The notes below the pieces were generated by a model, which was not told the DNA's origin, did no database searches, and was given only the letters and a program-made list of their open reading frames with translations. Shown in pieces: positions 11,345 through 23,500 of a stretch of 64,000 nt of DNA. This stretch comes from Azolla caroliniana (Eukaryota > Plantae > Polypodiophyta): contig JBHGNT010000021.1 in NCBI GenBank assembly GCA_043228905.1, positions 11,780,001-11,844,000 on the forward strand, read 5' to 3'. A program made the translations under genes and the position numbers. Positions within the stretch are counted from its first letter, which is position 1; every line of letters begins with the position of its first letter.

Positions 11345-14300
11345 ACTGTACGATAGGTAGGGGATTTTGCTTCTCCGACAATGGAGGGTGTATGATAGTC
11401 GGCACCGTCGGCCGAGAAAAGACAAGGGCGGAAGTGCGACTTCGAGCGTGCGGAGTTCTCGGCCCGGACGAGGAAATCAGCGGAGCCGTGGAGGCGGTCT
11501 CCTTCGATGACACCTTGGGAATGCTGAGGAAGGTAGCCGGAGAAGACCTTAACGAAGACCGGACGATACCGGTATGTTCCGAAGAGATGTACGAAGTCAT
11601 TGCGAACTTCAGTCGGGGGCTCGGGTCGGATCAGACGGCCCGAGTTAGCACAAAGTACAAGGCTGTGGACCGGAAGGTAAGGCCAGTCGCGGTACCCTTA
11701 CCGGAGGGTAGCGAGTCCCGGATCAGAGGGGTTGCGTCGGACCCCAGTTTACGAGATCCGGCCTGCATAGGACACACCTTCACCGACGGAACACTCCGGG
11801 AGCTCAAAATCGGTGGGGGCGGGTTCCTACTGCCGGCGGAGGAAGACCGGTTTCGGAGAATGCTCGGAAGGCACGGGAAAGCCTTTGCATTCTCACCGGA
11901 AGAGATCGGGTGCGTAGACCCGACGATCGTGGAGCCGATGGTGATATTCACGGTACCGCATGTACCGTGGAATCTCAAGCCGATTCGAGTACCGAGAGCT
12001 CACATCCCGAAGTTGATGGAGCTATTGAGGCAGAAAGTCGATATGGGTATTCTCGAACCGTCGAGCGCGCCATACTCGAACCGATGGTTTACCGTACCAA
12101 AGAAAAACGGAACATTGCGCTTCATTCAGGACCTGTAGCCGGTCAATAGAGTGACCATCCAGAACACAGGAATCGGATCGACCATAGACAAGTTCACGGA
12201 GGCCTTTGCCGGAAGGTCGATTTACTCGGTCGGTGATCTGTACTCGGGGTACGACCAGTTCCAGCTAGCCGTGGAGAGCAAAGACATTACGACGATGAGA
12301 ACTCCCCTCGGCCTAGTGCGAATGTGTACCCTGCCACAAGGTGAATGCAATGAACAAAGTACTGAGGGATTGCATCCCGGACATCACCATGCCGTTTCTA
12401 GACGACATCCCCATAAAGGGGTGCCCGGTGGAAGAGAAGGACGAGACACTCGGGCCGGACGGATGCCGGCGATTCGTAGCAACACACATCGACGACTGCG
12501 AGAAAGTGCTACAAAGGCTAGAGGATGCGAGGCTCACCTTCTCCGGGGAGAAATCGGCCTTCGGGCAATCAGAAATCCTACAAAGGTAGAAGCCATGTGG
12601 CCAGAAGCCATCTCCGGCAAAGGTAGAAGCCATCTCCGCGATGAAGACCGACTGTAACTCGGTTACGGAAGTTCGGAGGTTCCTGGGGGCATGCGCGTTC
12701 TACCACATATGGATCCCGCATTACGCCCACGTTGCGGAGCCACTATACGGGTTGCTGAAGAAGGGGCAAAGATTCGAGTGGCGAGACGAGCACACGGGGT
12801 CGGTCCGGAAGCTGAAGGAAGCTCTTACGGCAGCACCGGCGCTCCGGAAGGCTGTCTACGAGAAGGGTACCCCGGTATACATAACGGTGGATACGAGCCC
12901 GACCGGGATCGGATGGGTCGTCAACCAAGAAGACGAGAACGGCACCCGGTTCCCGATCCGATTCGGCGCTAAGGTCCTCAGTGAGCGACAGCGAGGGTAC
13001 GCCCAGGTTAAACGCAAACTCTGGGGTATCGTTTCGGCGGTAAAGGCGGACAAAGACTACCTGATCGGGACAGAAGTGATTATCGAGACGGATTGCCTGC
13101 CGATTCTCGGCATGGTTTCCGGATGCGCGACACCGGACCTGGCGATGCTCATGTGGATAGCGTACATCAAGTCCCTGGACCCGGAGATACGACACATTTC
13201 CGGAAAGGACAACGCCATGGCCGACATGCTTTCGAGGGCGAGGTTTGATGACGAGGGCGGCATGGTTTCGGAGGACGAAGAAGTCGGCGTGGACTTCTTC
13301 GAGGCGGCGTACGTGACGACCGATGGGACGAGCACTCTGGCACTTAACGACTTCGACGAGAGCAAGTACGACGGCGAGTGGCTCCAGATCGGTGGATTCT
13401 TGAGGACAATGATGCTGGATGCGTCATGGACGAAGGACGAGGCCAACCGGATCCGGAAGAAAGCTTACCGATTCTTTCTCCGGGACGGATACTTATGGAA
13501 GCACCCGAAGAAGAGGGACGGCGCTCCGCTCCGGGTGGTGGCGATGAAGGAAGAACAGGAGGAGCTGCTGACGGCCTACCACGACAGCCCTTGGGCCGGA
13601 CACCGTGGAACCTGGGCCACGTTCGAGAAGATAAAGGGGAAGTACTGGTGGCCGGGACTGTACCGGGACGTGCATCGATTCGTGACAACTTGCGAGAGCT
13701 GTCAGATGCACTCCATAGTCCGACACCGGGACGAACTTCACCCTACGTACCCTCCGACCATCCACTTCAAATGGATGGTAGACCTGGTAACGATGCCGAT
13801 AGGAGTAGGACAGATGCGGTATCTGGTCCTGGCTCGGGAAGATCTAACGAACCAGGTGGAAGGCCGGGCCCTTCAAAACAAAACGACTGCGGCCGTATGT
13901 CGGTTCCTGCTCGAGGACGTAATATGCCGGTACGGGTGCGTCGGGAAGATCGTGGCCGATCGCGGGGAGTTGGACGCCGAAGAGGCCGAGGAGCTGTTCG
14001 ACCGGTTAGGGGTCAAGCTCTCACTTACCACTGCGTACAATCCAGAGGCAAATGGGAAGGTGGAGCGCGGACACGGACCGATCGTCAAGGCGTTAGTTCG
14101 GGCATGCGGAGGTCAAGTCGGGAACTGGTCGCGGCTACTGCCTTACGCGTTGTGGGCTGACCGGACTACGCACAGTTCGGTAACCGGATTCATGCCGGCA
14201 GAGCTCATGTTTGGGCAGAAGCCGATCATGCCGATCGAACGTACGGTCTCCTCATGGGCAACCGTGGACTGGAGAGACGAGATGAGCCGGGAGGAACTGT

Positions 14301-14716
14301 TGATGGCGCGCATACGACAACTCGAGCGGAGACCGGAGGACGTGGAGCAGGCTGCGGAAAAGCTTCGGGTGGCCAGGACGAGGAACAAAGTCCGGTTCGA
14401 CCGGACGCACCGGCTCCGACCGAAGAAGATCGAGGAAGGCGACTGGGTGCTAGTCTACGACAGCAGCCTCGACAACCAGCACCGAGCGACACGGAAGTTC
14501 GCAAGAAGGTGGTTCGGGCCTTACGTGGTACAAAGCGCCAACGACAACGGGACGTACCATCTGGCGGAACTCGACGGTACGAGAATGGCGATACCGGTAG
14601 CTGGGAAGCGGATCAAGACGTTCAAGAAGCGTCACGATGACGAGCCGGATCCGGTTGACTTGGACCGCGACGACGAGCGATCCGAAACCGAGGAAGAACC
14701 GACGGGCGGAGGATGA
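11281..14716 (+). pseudogene. pol of A2: RT (interrupted), then RNase H and integrase intact in ORF 12641-14716
   Basis: RFIQDL, GDLYSGYDQF and PFLDDI in RT; ITVDTS and ETDC in RNase H; H-H-C-C zinc finger, DDE core and GPY motif in integrase; no chromodomain. Confidence 0.93.
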
Positions 14717-14776
14717 AGGTTGGACCGGTTTTCTCCGTCCCAACACAATTTGGCGCATGCCGGTGGATGCGCAGTT

Positions 14777-14789
14777 AGGTGGGGGCGGA
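14777..14789 (+). promoter_or_regulatory. Polypurine tract of A2
   Basis: AGGTGGGGGCGGA directly before the 3' LTR; same motif at 18735-18746 and 47323-47334 on the minus strand. Confidence 0.8.
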
Positions 14790-15421
14790 TGTCGTGAAGA
14801 AAACCGTCCACAAGCGGAATCGGTGTACCGGAGCGTAGGAACCGACTCTTCATGCACGTGCGCCTTATGTTGTACATAGGAGATCCTAGGTAGATTCGGT
14901 AGGTAGGAAGTAAAGGGGAAACGGCTCCTTCCTTGCCTATAAAAGGAGGGAGACGAGGAGGGGCGAGGGATCGCGGAGAGTCAAGGACGAAGTGCTGTCG
15001 GTTTGCGTGCGAAGGCTTCTCTCTCTCTCTCTTTCTGGTTGCAAACGCCATAGCTTCCTTCTGTGCAGGTTTCGGGAGGCCCGCGCTGCTCTGAGGAATG
15101 CCCGAGTGCTTCCGGCAGCACCTCCAACCTACTCATTCCCCTCTGTGCGTTTACGAACAGGTATCGGCATCTGTTCGCCGGCCTGTTCGGTTGTAACCGA
15201 CTTCGTGTTATGTTGTCTTCGTGTTCTTGTTGTTTGTCTTGTCAATACATACATACTTTCGTGTCTTTCTGTGTCGCTGTCCCACTCGTGTCTTTGCGTC
15301 GAAGGGTCGTGTCCCTGTGAATCTACGCTCGCACGTAGTGGGTCTCTCTCTCTCTTACTCTTCGGTACAGGACCCCCGAGGTCCCGCCTCACTCCACGCA
15401 TCCGCGAGGAATACCTCGACA
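14790..15421 (+). repeat. 3' LTR of A2
   Basis: Direct repeat of 8496-9127. Confidence 0.97.
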
Positions 15422-15740
15422 ACGGGCCGATCGTAAAGGCCATAGTACCCCCATGTGAAGGGCAAGTCGGCAATTATTCAAGGCTCCTACCTTATGCGTT
15501 GTGGGCGGACTGAACTACGCACAGTTCGGTGACTGGATACATGCCTGCGGAGCTCATGTTCGAGCAGAAACCCATACTATAAAGGTGACCTACGACCGTT
15601 TCCCTTCTGTCCCTCTCTACTCTATCTAAGCTTTGTGTGTACACAACGTGAGGGATATTCCTCCTCTTTGCCCGATTCCTTGGTTCAAGACCCTCGTGAT
15701 CCTGCCCCATTTCTACGCATTTGCGCGGAATTCCGCGACA

Positions 15741-16614
15741 ATAGTGTTAGCGCCCCTTGACCCGTTGGCTCCTCTGTCTCAGCGTCTGCTTCGGCTACCT
15801 TTTTGTCTGCTTAGCCTTCAATTAATTCAGCTCCTCTGAATCGAACTCCTCTTCAAAATGGGCCGCCTCCAATTCGTTCTAGCTCTTGTCTGAGTTGTCT
15901 ATCTCCAAGTCATCCTCAATCTTCACACCCTTCACAACATCGGACCATGTCCGTGTCTTGGTCTTTCTGGCTTTGCCTCCCCCTTTTTCAGTTGGCTCCA
16001 ACTTGGGCTTTCCATTCCGGTGGCTCCCCCTGCATTCGGTTTCGGGTTCTTCAGCCGTCTCGTGCACTTCGACTTCTTTAGTCGGGCCGAAGTCAAAATC
16101 GGTTTCTGACTCGGCTTTTCTGTTGTCTTTCTCATTCCTCCCCCTCAAGTTCGGCATATCGAGGTATTGCACACCTAGTGCACCAGAAAATTGATGCAAC
16201 TTGTCTAAACCGAGGGGTTTGGTGAAGATATCGGCCACTTCCCGATCCATCGGAACATACACCAATTCTACTTCACCGGAGAGAACTCGCTCACAGACAA
16301 AATGATAGTGCACCTCGATGTGCTTAGCCTGGACGTGAAAGATGGGGTTCTTAACCAACTAGATGCTGCTGAGGTTATCGCAATAGATCGTTGTCCGATC
16401 AAACACCTCCACTCACAGATCCTTCAAGAGCCTTTTTAGCCATATGGCTTGGCATGTCGCGACAACCGCTCCTCAGTAGTCGGCCTTCGTTCTCGACAGT
16501 GCTACTGTCGGTTGCTTTTCACTACTCCAGGAGATTGTGGCGCTCCCAAGTGAAAATGCATATCCAGATGTAGACCTATAGTCGCCGGCATTTCCAGCCC
16601 AATCTGCATATGTC
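15741..16614 (-). pseudogene. Ty1/Copia RNase H fragment with charged C-terminal extension
   Basis: YADWAG..STSGY, KHIEVHYHF and ADIFTKPL motifs; tail with FDFG and TWSDVVKG. Confidence 0.88.
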
Positions 16615-17808
16615 CTCATAGTGCATTCTAGTGCCGAGTGTCCGGAATTCAAGCAGGTTGTGCACTGTATTGCTTGCCGAAACCGGAGGTCTTCATCGGA
16701 TGGTAACGCCTGTTGGAGTGCTCCCAGTGTGAGCCAGGAGCTTGTCTTTTCCATCTCTCTCACCTGCTTAATGACCTGGTCGATGGTACTTGCACGGAAG
16801 TCAATTGTCGTGCAAACCGTGCGTAGGGGTTCCCGGAGCGCATTTAGGAATATAGTCCGTAATTCCTCCTCCGGGGGTGCGCAGGCAAGCTGACTATGCA
16901 TCCGTTGAAACCGGATGACAAACTGGGGAATGCTCTCCCCTGCCTCCTGTCGGATGGTATAAAACAAACCCACCACTATTGTCTGGTTCACCTCCTTTTG
17001 GAAAAAATGCAAGAATTTAGCTTTTAAATCTGCGAAGGTGGTGATGGTAGACGGGTCCTGCATCCGGTGCCATCTTGCTGCCGGTCCCTCCAATGTGACG
17101 CCAAATTCCGCTATCTTAGAGTGTTCCTCTTCCTCCGGGGTCAATCGTTGGGACACATGGTTTGCTTCCCATGTCTGTTCAAAGGCGTGAACATGAGCTT
17201 CCGCGTCCGGATCATCTCTATACTTGGAGTACTGGAACGGCATGTCGTCGTCCGGTATCGGTGCGCGGGCTGGTGGTGTTGGTGGTCGTTCCTGGTTTTT
17301 CTCCGGCGTCGGTGGTCTTTCCTCTTCTTTAGGTGATGGAGGCCTCTCCTCCTCGACTTCCGGTGTCGGAGGTCGCTCTTCCTCTGCTTCTGGTTCCGAA
17401 GGTTCCAGCCTTAGCCCTTTTGGTTCCGGTGTCGGTAAGGTGTCCGATCCTTCGTCCTCCGGTCCGCCCGGGGTGTCGTTACTGCTACGGTAGTTGTGCA
17501 CGTTGTATCCCTCTTCGGAATCCGATTCATACGCTGAAAAGGCTTTTGCTTCGCCTTCTCTGTTTGCCAACGCCTGGAGAAGGGATTCGGTTTCCCGGAG
17601 GCTGCTTAGGTTGCTGCCGTCGTCCGGGTGCGATGTTTGCTGTAACCGGAGGGACTCCTCCGCTACTCTCCGGATTACGTTGGAAAACGAGCGATCCGCT
17701 CTAATTTCCTGCGCCGCTTGCTGGAAAGCCTCACGTCTCCTTTGCCTTTCGGCAAGGCGTTGAGTTCGATCTGTAACCAGGTCGTGCGTTGATCTAGTCA
17801 TCCATTCA
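16615..17808 (-). pseudogene. Truncated Gag of B2 with EEERPPTP repeats
   Basis: Open frame of about 400 codons aligning with the N-terminus of ORF 20530-26022, cut after the first CCHC knuckle. Confidence 0.85.
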
Positions 17809-20014
17809 TGTCGTCGTTCGCTGCAAAAACAAGACTCGTGGTCGCCAAAAACTGTGTTAACTCTTAGGGCCGGACAATGGCCTAACACAGGGGTGTTACG
17901 GCAAGAGGATTAGACTCAATCGCTTAATCCGACTTAATTAGGTTACTTAGCAAGATCGTCCTTAATAATCACACGCGTAAGATATAACAATGAATGCAGA
18001 ACGGCAATTAACACAGAGAGATAAAAACACTAAGCTTCATTAATTATCCGTTGCTCATTACATTGTATCCAGGCCTTTAAATAGGTTTCTGGTTTGTAGG
18101 ACAAACTAGACATGTGCCGAAGACAAGTCGGACTTACAAGAAATCCCATCCTGGAGTGAGGGGGAGTTTGTTGGGAATTCGGTCCCTCCGGATGAGATCC
18201 GGACGATGTCGTGTTGTTACGCGCGTGCGTGTAGAAGGGGCGGGACCACGGGGGTCTTGGACTAGGGAGTGGAGGAGAAAGAATAGGACATGATATGGAG
18301 GCTTAGCTCAAGAGGAGAAGAGGAAAGAATAAGACCACGACATAGAAGGACAGATCAGCGGAGGCAAGATGTTCAACAAGTTATATTAAAACAACGAATG
18401 GTTACAACAATGGTGGCCGCCATGGCCGCACCAAACGACTATATCAAAACCCTAAAGGAAAACCCAAGAAGAAAACCCTAACCGAAACCCTAAAACCGAA
18501 TAGGAGACCCTCGACCTAAGTGGTATGCCTCTCTCCCTCAAAATAGGCAACCCCTCATAAGTGACCCCTCCCTTCCTTTTATAGCCCAAGGAGGGAGGGA
18601 CCTTACAATGTGGGATAGAATATTTTTCTCTTATTTCTATGCACCATTTCCTAGTATACATGTGCACATGGTGCACACCACCGATTTGCCTATTCCACCC
18701 CGGTTTCCGCCTATGGACGAAAATCTTCATGACATCCGCCCCCACCAAACCACACATCCACCGGTATGTGCCAAGAAGGGAGAAGAGGTGAGATTGTTCG
18801 ACCATGGTGATAAAACCGAGGTCCGCCGTGTCCTCGTTGGCCTTGCTCGGCTTCGTTTTCCATTTCGAGCACGCTCGTCCCTTCCACACGAACCGTCGTA
18901 GCATCCCGTTCCACCGTATCCGTCGCACATCCTCGAGCCGACGGCTCCACCCGATCCACCACGTCCACCGTATGTCCCTGAAACATCGATTCCATCCGAA
19001 CTGTCATATCCACCGCGTTCGCCTTCCTCCCCGGTCGGTCCTCCCGAACGCCATTGCCGATCCGGTCACTCTTTCTTTGTCCGCCACGTAGGTCCTCAGA
19101 TTAGGCCCTCGGTCACCCCGTTTGCTCGCCGGATTCCGCCCCTTGCGTACCGCTTGTGTTCTATCTCCGGCTCGATCCTCTCTTCGTCTCGAACACCTCG
19201 TGCCGATTCCCTCCGTTCCGTGCCCACCTTCCGTAGGCTCTTTCCGTGTGCCCTTGTTGTCCCCCGAATATGCGCTCATTCTTTTGCCCTTAGGCGACCC
19301 CATTCCGTGTTCCTTGCCTCTCCTTTGCCCGCCGTGCTCTCTCGTCGTAGAGCGTACCGTCATCCCGACCTCCGTGTCGGTGTCCCTCGAGGCTCTCGTT
19401 ACCACCTCGCTTTGACTTGCGCCCTCTTGGCCCGCTTGGCCTTGCATGCCCTCCGGGAAGCCGCCGCGTCTTCTCTTCCCGGTGTGTACCCCGTTGTTCT
19501 CCGCGCACCATCCTTCACTCTCGTCGTTCATCCGCCGATCCCGGCAACTCACCGCTCCGTTTCTTGCCGCGTGTCTGTCGTTGCCGGTCACTCGTTGCCG
19601 CTCTTCCGGGTGCATGCTTGCTTCTTGGCCCTTTGCCGTCCGTAGTGCATGCTCCGTTTTACGCCGTAGTGCATACTTCGTATTACGCGCCTCATCCGTC
19701 GTAGACCCGACCCCTACGTCGGTCTCTTCGTCCTTTGTTGCCGTAGCCCCTTCCGACTCTGGCTTGCCGTCTGGGCCATGCTCGTCCGTCTTCACACACC
19801 GGGTACCCGTTCCGGTAGCCTCGTCCGTTCCAGTCTCCGACTCCTCGCCGCCACCCGCCATCTCTTCGGTCTTATGTTGATCCGCAACCGCCGAAGTCTC
19901 AAGAATAGGTGTGGAGGGTTCCTCTTGCTCTCGGTCTTCCGCCAAGCTGTAATCACCGTGCCTGGTCAGCCTCCTTCTCGCGCTCATCGGCTCCCACTGG
20001 GTGTTGTGGCCTGT

Positions 20015-20470
20015 TGTTACCCGGACCCGGACAGTCAGTTTTACCGAACAGGTGGGAAAGCGTCGAAAAACAGAGTCGGTTCGGATCGACTGTTCGGATC
20101 AATGACTCAGCAGTAAAACGAAGAGAACTAAGTTAGTTAGATAATTTTGTAAATCTTGTTAGAGAGTAGGAATAGTTCTTGATGAGAAAAGACCTTCGGT
20201 ATACCTATAAAAGGGAACCAAAGGCATTGTAAGAGAGGTCGTTTTATTTAGTAATATAAGTTTAAGTTAGGAATATCTGGTACGAATTCTGTGTGTCTCT
20301 GTTGTCTATGATCTTAAGTGCAAGCTTCCTAATTTATAGCTAAATAACGATCACGATAATTACCGATTAATATAGCAATTCCGTTCGTAAAACACAATTC
20401 CTTGTTAGAACGTTGAGTAGCGACGTTCACTCTTCTGTATCGGTAGTAGTTAGTAATTAGCCGATTAACA
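20015..20470 (+). repeat. 5' LTR of B3
   Basis: TGTTA...TAACA with a TATAAAA box near 20206. Confidence 0.97.
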
Positions 20471-20481
20471 CAGAAGAATTT

Positions 20482-20494
20482 TGGCACGCCCGGT
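20482..20494 (+). promoter_or_regulatory. Primer binding site, tRNA-Arg type, 11 nt from the LTR
   Basis: TGGCACGCCCGGT resembles the complement of plant tRNA-Arg 3' ends (..GGCGTG-CCA). Confidence 0.75.
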
Positions 20495-20529
20495 TACATC
20501 TGCAATTAAGCAGAGAACAATTCGAATGG

Positions 20530-23500
20530 ATGTCGTATGAAGAGGAGGCACCGGTCAGTTGTAAGCGCCCTCGTACAAGGTCAGTTACGAAGGTAGTGCA
20601 GCAAGCGTTCATTACGCAAGAACAGCCGGAATCAAGCACAAAGTGGTCGAAACTCCCTGACTTATCCGATCAATTACCTTCAGACGAAAAACAGACGGAA
20701 GAGGTATCGTTTTACGACATTTGGGACGATATGCCTTATACTTATTCTAAGTTCCGGGAAGGAACAGATGCAGAAGCACATGTTAGGGATTTCTTAACGA
20801 CATGGGAGATTAACCATGGAGCTCAGCGATTGTCGGCAGATGCCGAAGATAAGTCAAAAATCGCTGAGTTTGTCTTATCATTAGACGGATATTCCGCTAA
20901 TTGGTTTGCGCAGAACGGTCTTCAAGGATTTCCATCCTTCGAAGTATTAACTAGTAAATTTTTACAATTATTTCATCAACAAATTCCGCAGAAGGATTTG
21001 ATTGCGCAATTTTATGCGTTATATCAAGAAAAAAATGAAACAGTATCTCAGTTTGTGATACGATTTCAGAACTTACAGCTTCAGATTTCAAGACCGATTC
21101 CAGATAAAGAATTAAAAGAAGTCTTTCTAGAAGCTGTAAAAGAACCATTAAGGACGACATTGAAAGTGTTCGATTTTCGAAATCAGACTATCGAACAAGT
21201 CATTGATAAAGCAATAGAAATGGGTCGACCACCGGTCAATGTTCAGAGTATGGACATGTCGGCATTACACCGAACATTACCAACAATGGAGGAGTTACAA
21301 TTTCGACAAGCAGTGCAATGCACCACTTGTTTAAATACGGGGCATTCGGCAATTGACTGTACGTTAAGAACACATTGTACGATATGTCATTCAAAATTAC
21401 ATTCCGTAGAACAATGTGAATATAATCTGCTTAATAAGACTACGGCGTCAGTACGACAAATTTTTGCTGACAATGGTTACCAAAATAACACTAATCTGTT
21501 CAATGGTTATCAAAATAATAATTTTTCACAAAATCAGCAAAATGTACAACAGAACCCGGTTCTACAGCCAAATCAGATCTTTTCACAACAAAATTTGCAA
21601 CCCACTCAAGTGACTCAAGCATTTCAACCAGGTTTTGCTCAATCCAACCCACCATTCGTACAGAATCCGAATCAATATTTTCAACAAAATAATCAAAGTT
21701 TCCAACAAGGTAATCCACCATTTCAAGGGTTTCAACAGAACTGTCCGAATGTGCAACCGAATTCTACATTTCAACCAAATCCGGCATTTCAACCGGGTAA
21801 TATGACTTTTCAACATAATACTCAAACTGTTCCACAAAATAATCAAATGTTTCAACAGAGTAATTTTTCGCCAAATCAGGAGTTCGGGATACCACATAAT
21901 ATAGCACAACCAAATGATAATACTGAACAATTTAGGCCGAATAGGTATAAAAACAAGAGATTTTACAAACCAAAAGCTACACGTCAATACCAACAAAACT
22001 CGAATGGTAATGAAGAGCAGCAATTTAATAACGGGCAATTTGCACATGGGGAGACCAGTGCAACATTTGTGCCCACTTGTTACATTTGTCGACAACTAGG
22101 CCATTATGCTAATCAATGTCCGGTTAAAGGAAAGGGTCCAGCAGTTAATATGGTAATACCGGAAGTTCAGCAAGTAACGACACGCAGCAAAAGCAAACAA
22201 TCAGAGTGGGAAATTCAGGAAGAAGTTCGGAAGGCCGCAAAGGAATGGGTGGATGAAGCAAATCAAAGTAATGTGAATCGAATGTTACAAGATAATAACA
22301 TCGACCAGGACATCGCTGTACAACAGTCATTGGAGAATAAGGAACAGGAAGAAACTTGGAAACTGTTGGCTGATTGTCAAGTGTCATTACCACTTAAGGG
22401 CTTACTTAAGTTAGTACCAAGGTTTACAGAAAAAGTGGCAGCATTAATTACATATAAAGGTTCCGAACAAATAGCAGTACACTACAATCAGCCAAGTAAT
22501 AACCCTTCGATCATGGATGAACAGAATCCGTCTATTAAGGTAATACTTTACGGGCAAGAAATCGGAAATGTGATTATAGATGGAGGCTCGGGTGTTAATG
22601 TGATTAACAAAACTACATGTGAAAAACTGGGAATCACGGAATGGGAAGCATGTCCGTTTTGGTTACGAATGGCAGATACAAGTACGGTACGACCGATTGG
22701 TTTGCTTCGACAACTGGATGTAATAATCGGGGGACACAGTTTTCAGATTTCGGCAGTAATTTTGCAGTTAGAAACACAGGGAGCATACCCCTTGTTATTG
22801 GGGAGACCATGGTTAAAGACAGCTAATATTAAACAAAATTGGAAACAAAATGTGCTAACATTTAGAAAAGGAAAAAACAAGGTCAGGATTCCGACGCACA
22901 ACAAAGTGACAACAAGCAAACAGAGTTTACCTGTATATGCAGAAGCAGTTAATATGATGGAAGGATTGGACGAGGAAGAAGAAAGTCAGTATTTTGATGA
23001 TAATCAAAAAATTATCCCTCTATTTGAGGTAGATATTTTGCAAGCATTAACACCATATGTAGACTCACACGAAGAAGTGCCAATCGATGAGCAAACAATA
23101 AAAGAAATACGGATGCAACAAGAAGCTACAGATAAGGAATTGCAGGTATCTCAGAGAGTGCAAGCCTCAGCATTGGAGGAAATTAATTTGGCAGGAGTAG
23201 AGGATGCTGAAAGAAAAACAATCTTGATTGCTAGAGATTTGATGGAAAATGACAAACGGACATTAACAACATTACTATTACAATATAAAGATGTTTTTGC
23301 ATGGTCCTTTGACGATATGAAAGGTCTGGATCCCGCTTTTTGTCAACATCAAATCAATTTGCATAAAGATGCAAAGCCAGTACAACAACGCAGGTACAGG
23401 TTGAATCCGAATTATGCTATCAAAGTAAAAGAAGAAATCGATAAACTCTTAAAAGTAGGATTTATTCGACCCGTCAAAAAATCAACATGGCTGAGTCCAA

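Larger units (their letters stand above)
8496..15421 (+). mobile_element. Full-length family A Ty3/Gypsy element A2 (6926 bp), 4-bp TSD ACGG
   Basis: Two 632-bp LTRs with about 7 transitions between them; ACGG at 8492-8495 and 15422-15425; PBS, gag-PR, pol and PPT present. Confidence 0.97.
8035..15740 (+). mobile_element. Old family A remnant A0 (integrase fragments 8035-8495 and 15426-15577; partial LTR ~15578-15740), split by A2
   Basis: The integrase peptide ERGH|GPIVKA is rejoined across the A2 insertion. The LTR remnant has the family U5 motif and ends CGCGACA. Confidence 0.8.

Noticed and set aside
591-14640. Numerous antisense and alternate-frame ORFs over family A pol
   Set aside because: Expected shadow ORFs of GC-rich coding sequence, without recognisable motifs.
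16473-17888. 471-aa Gag-RNase H fusion protein
   Set aside because: Chance in-frame junction at about 16614 between a truncated Gypsy gag and an unrelated Copia RNase H remnant.
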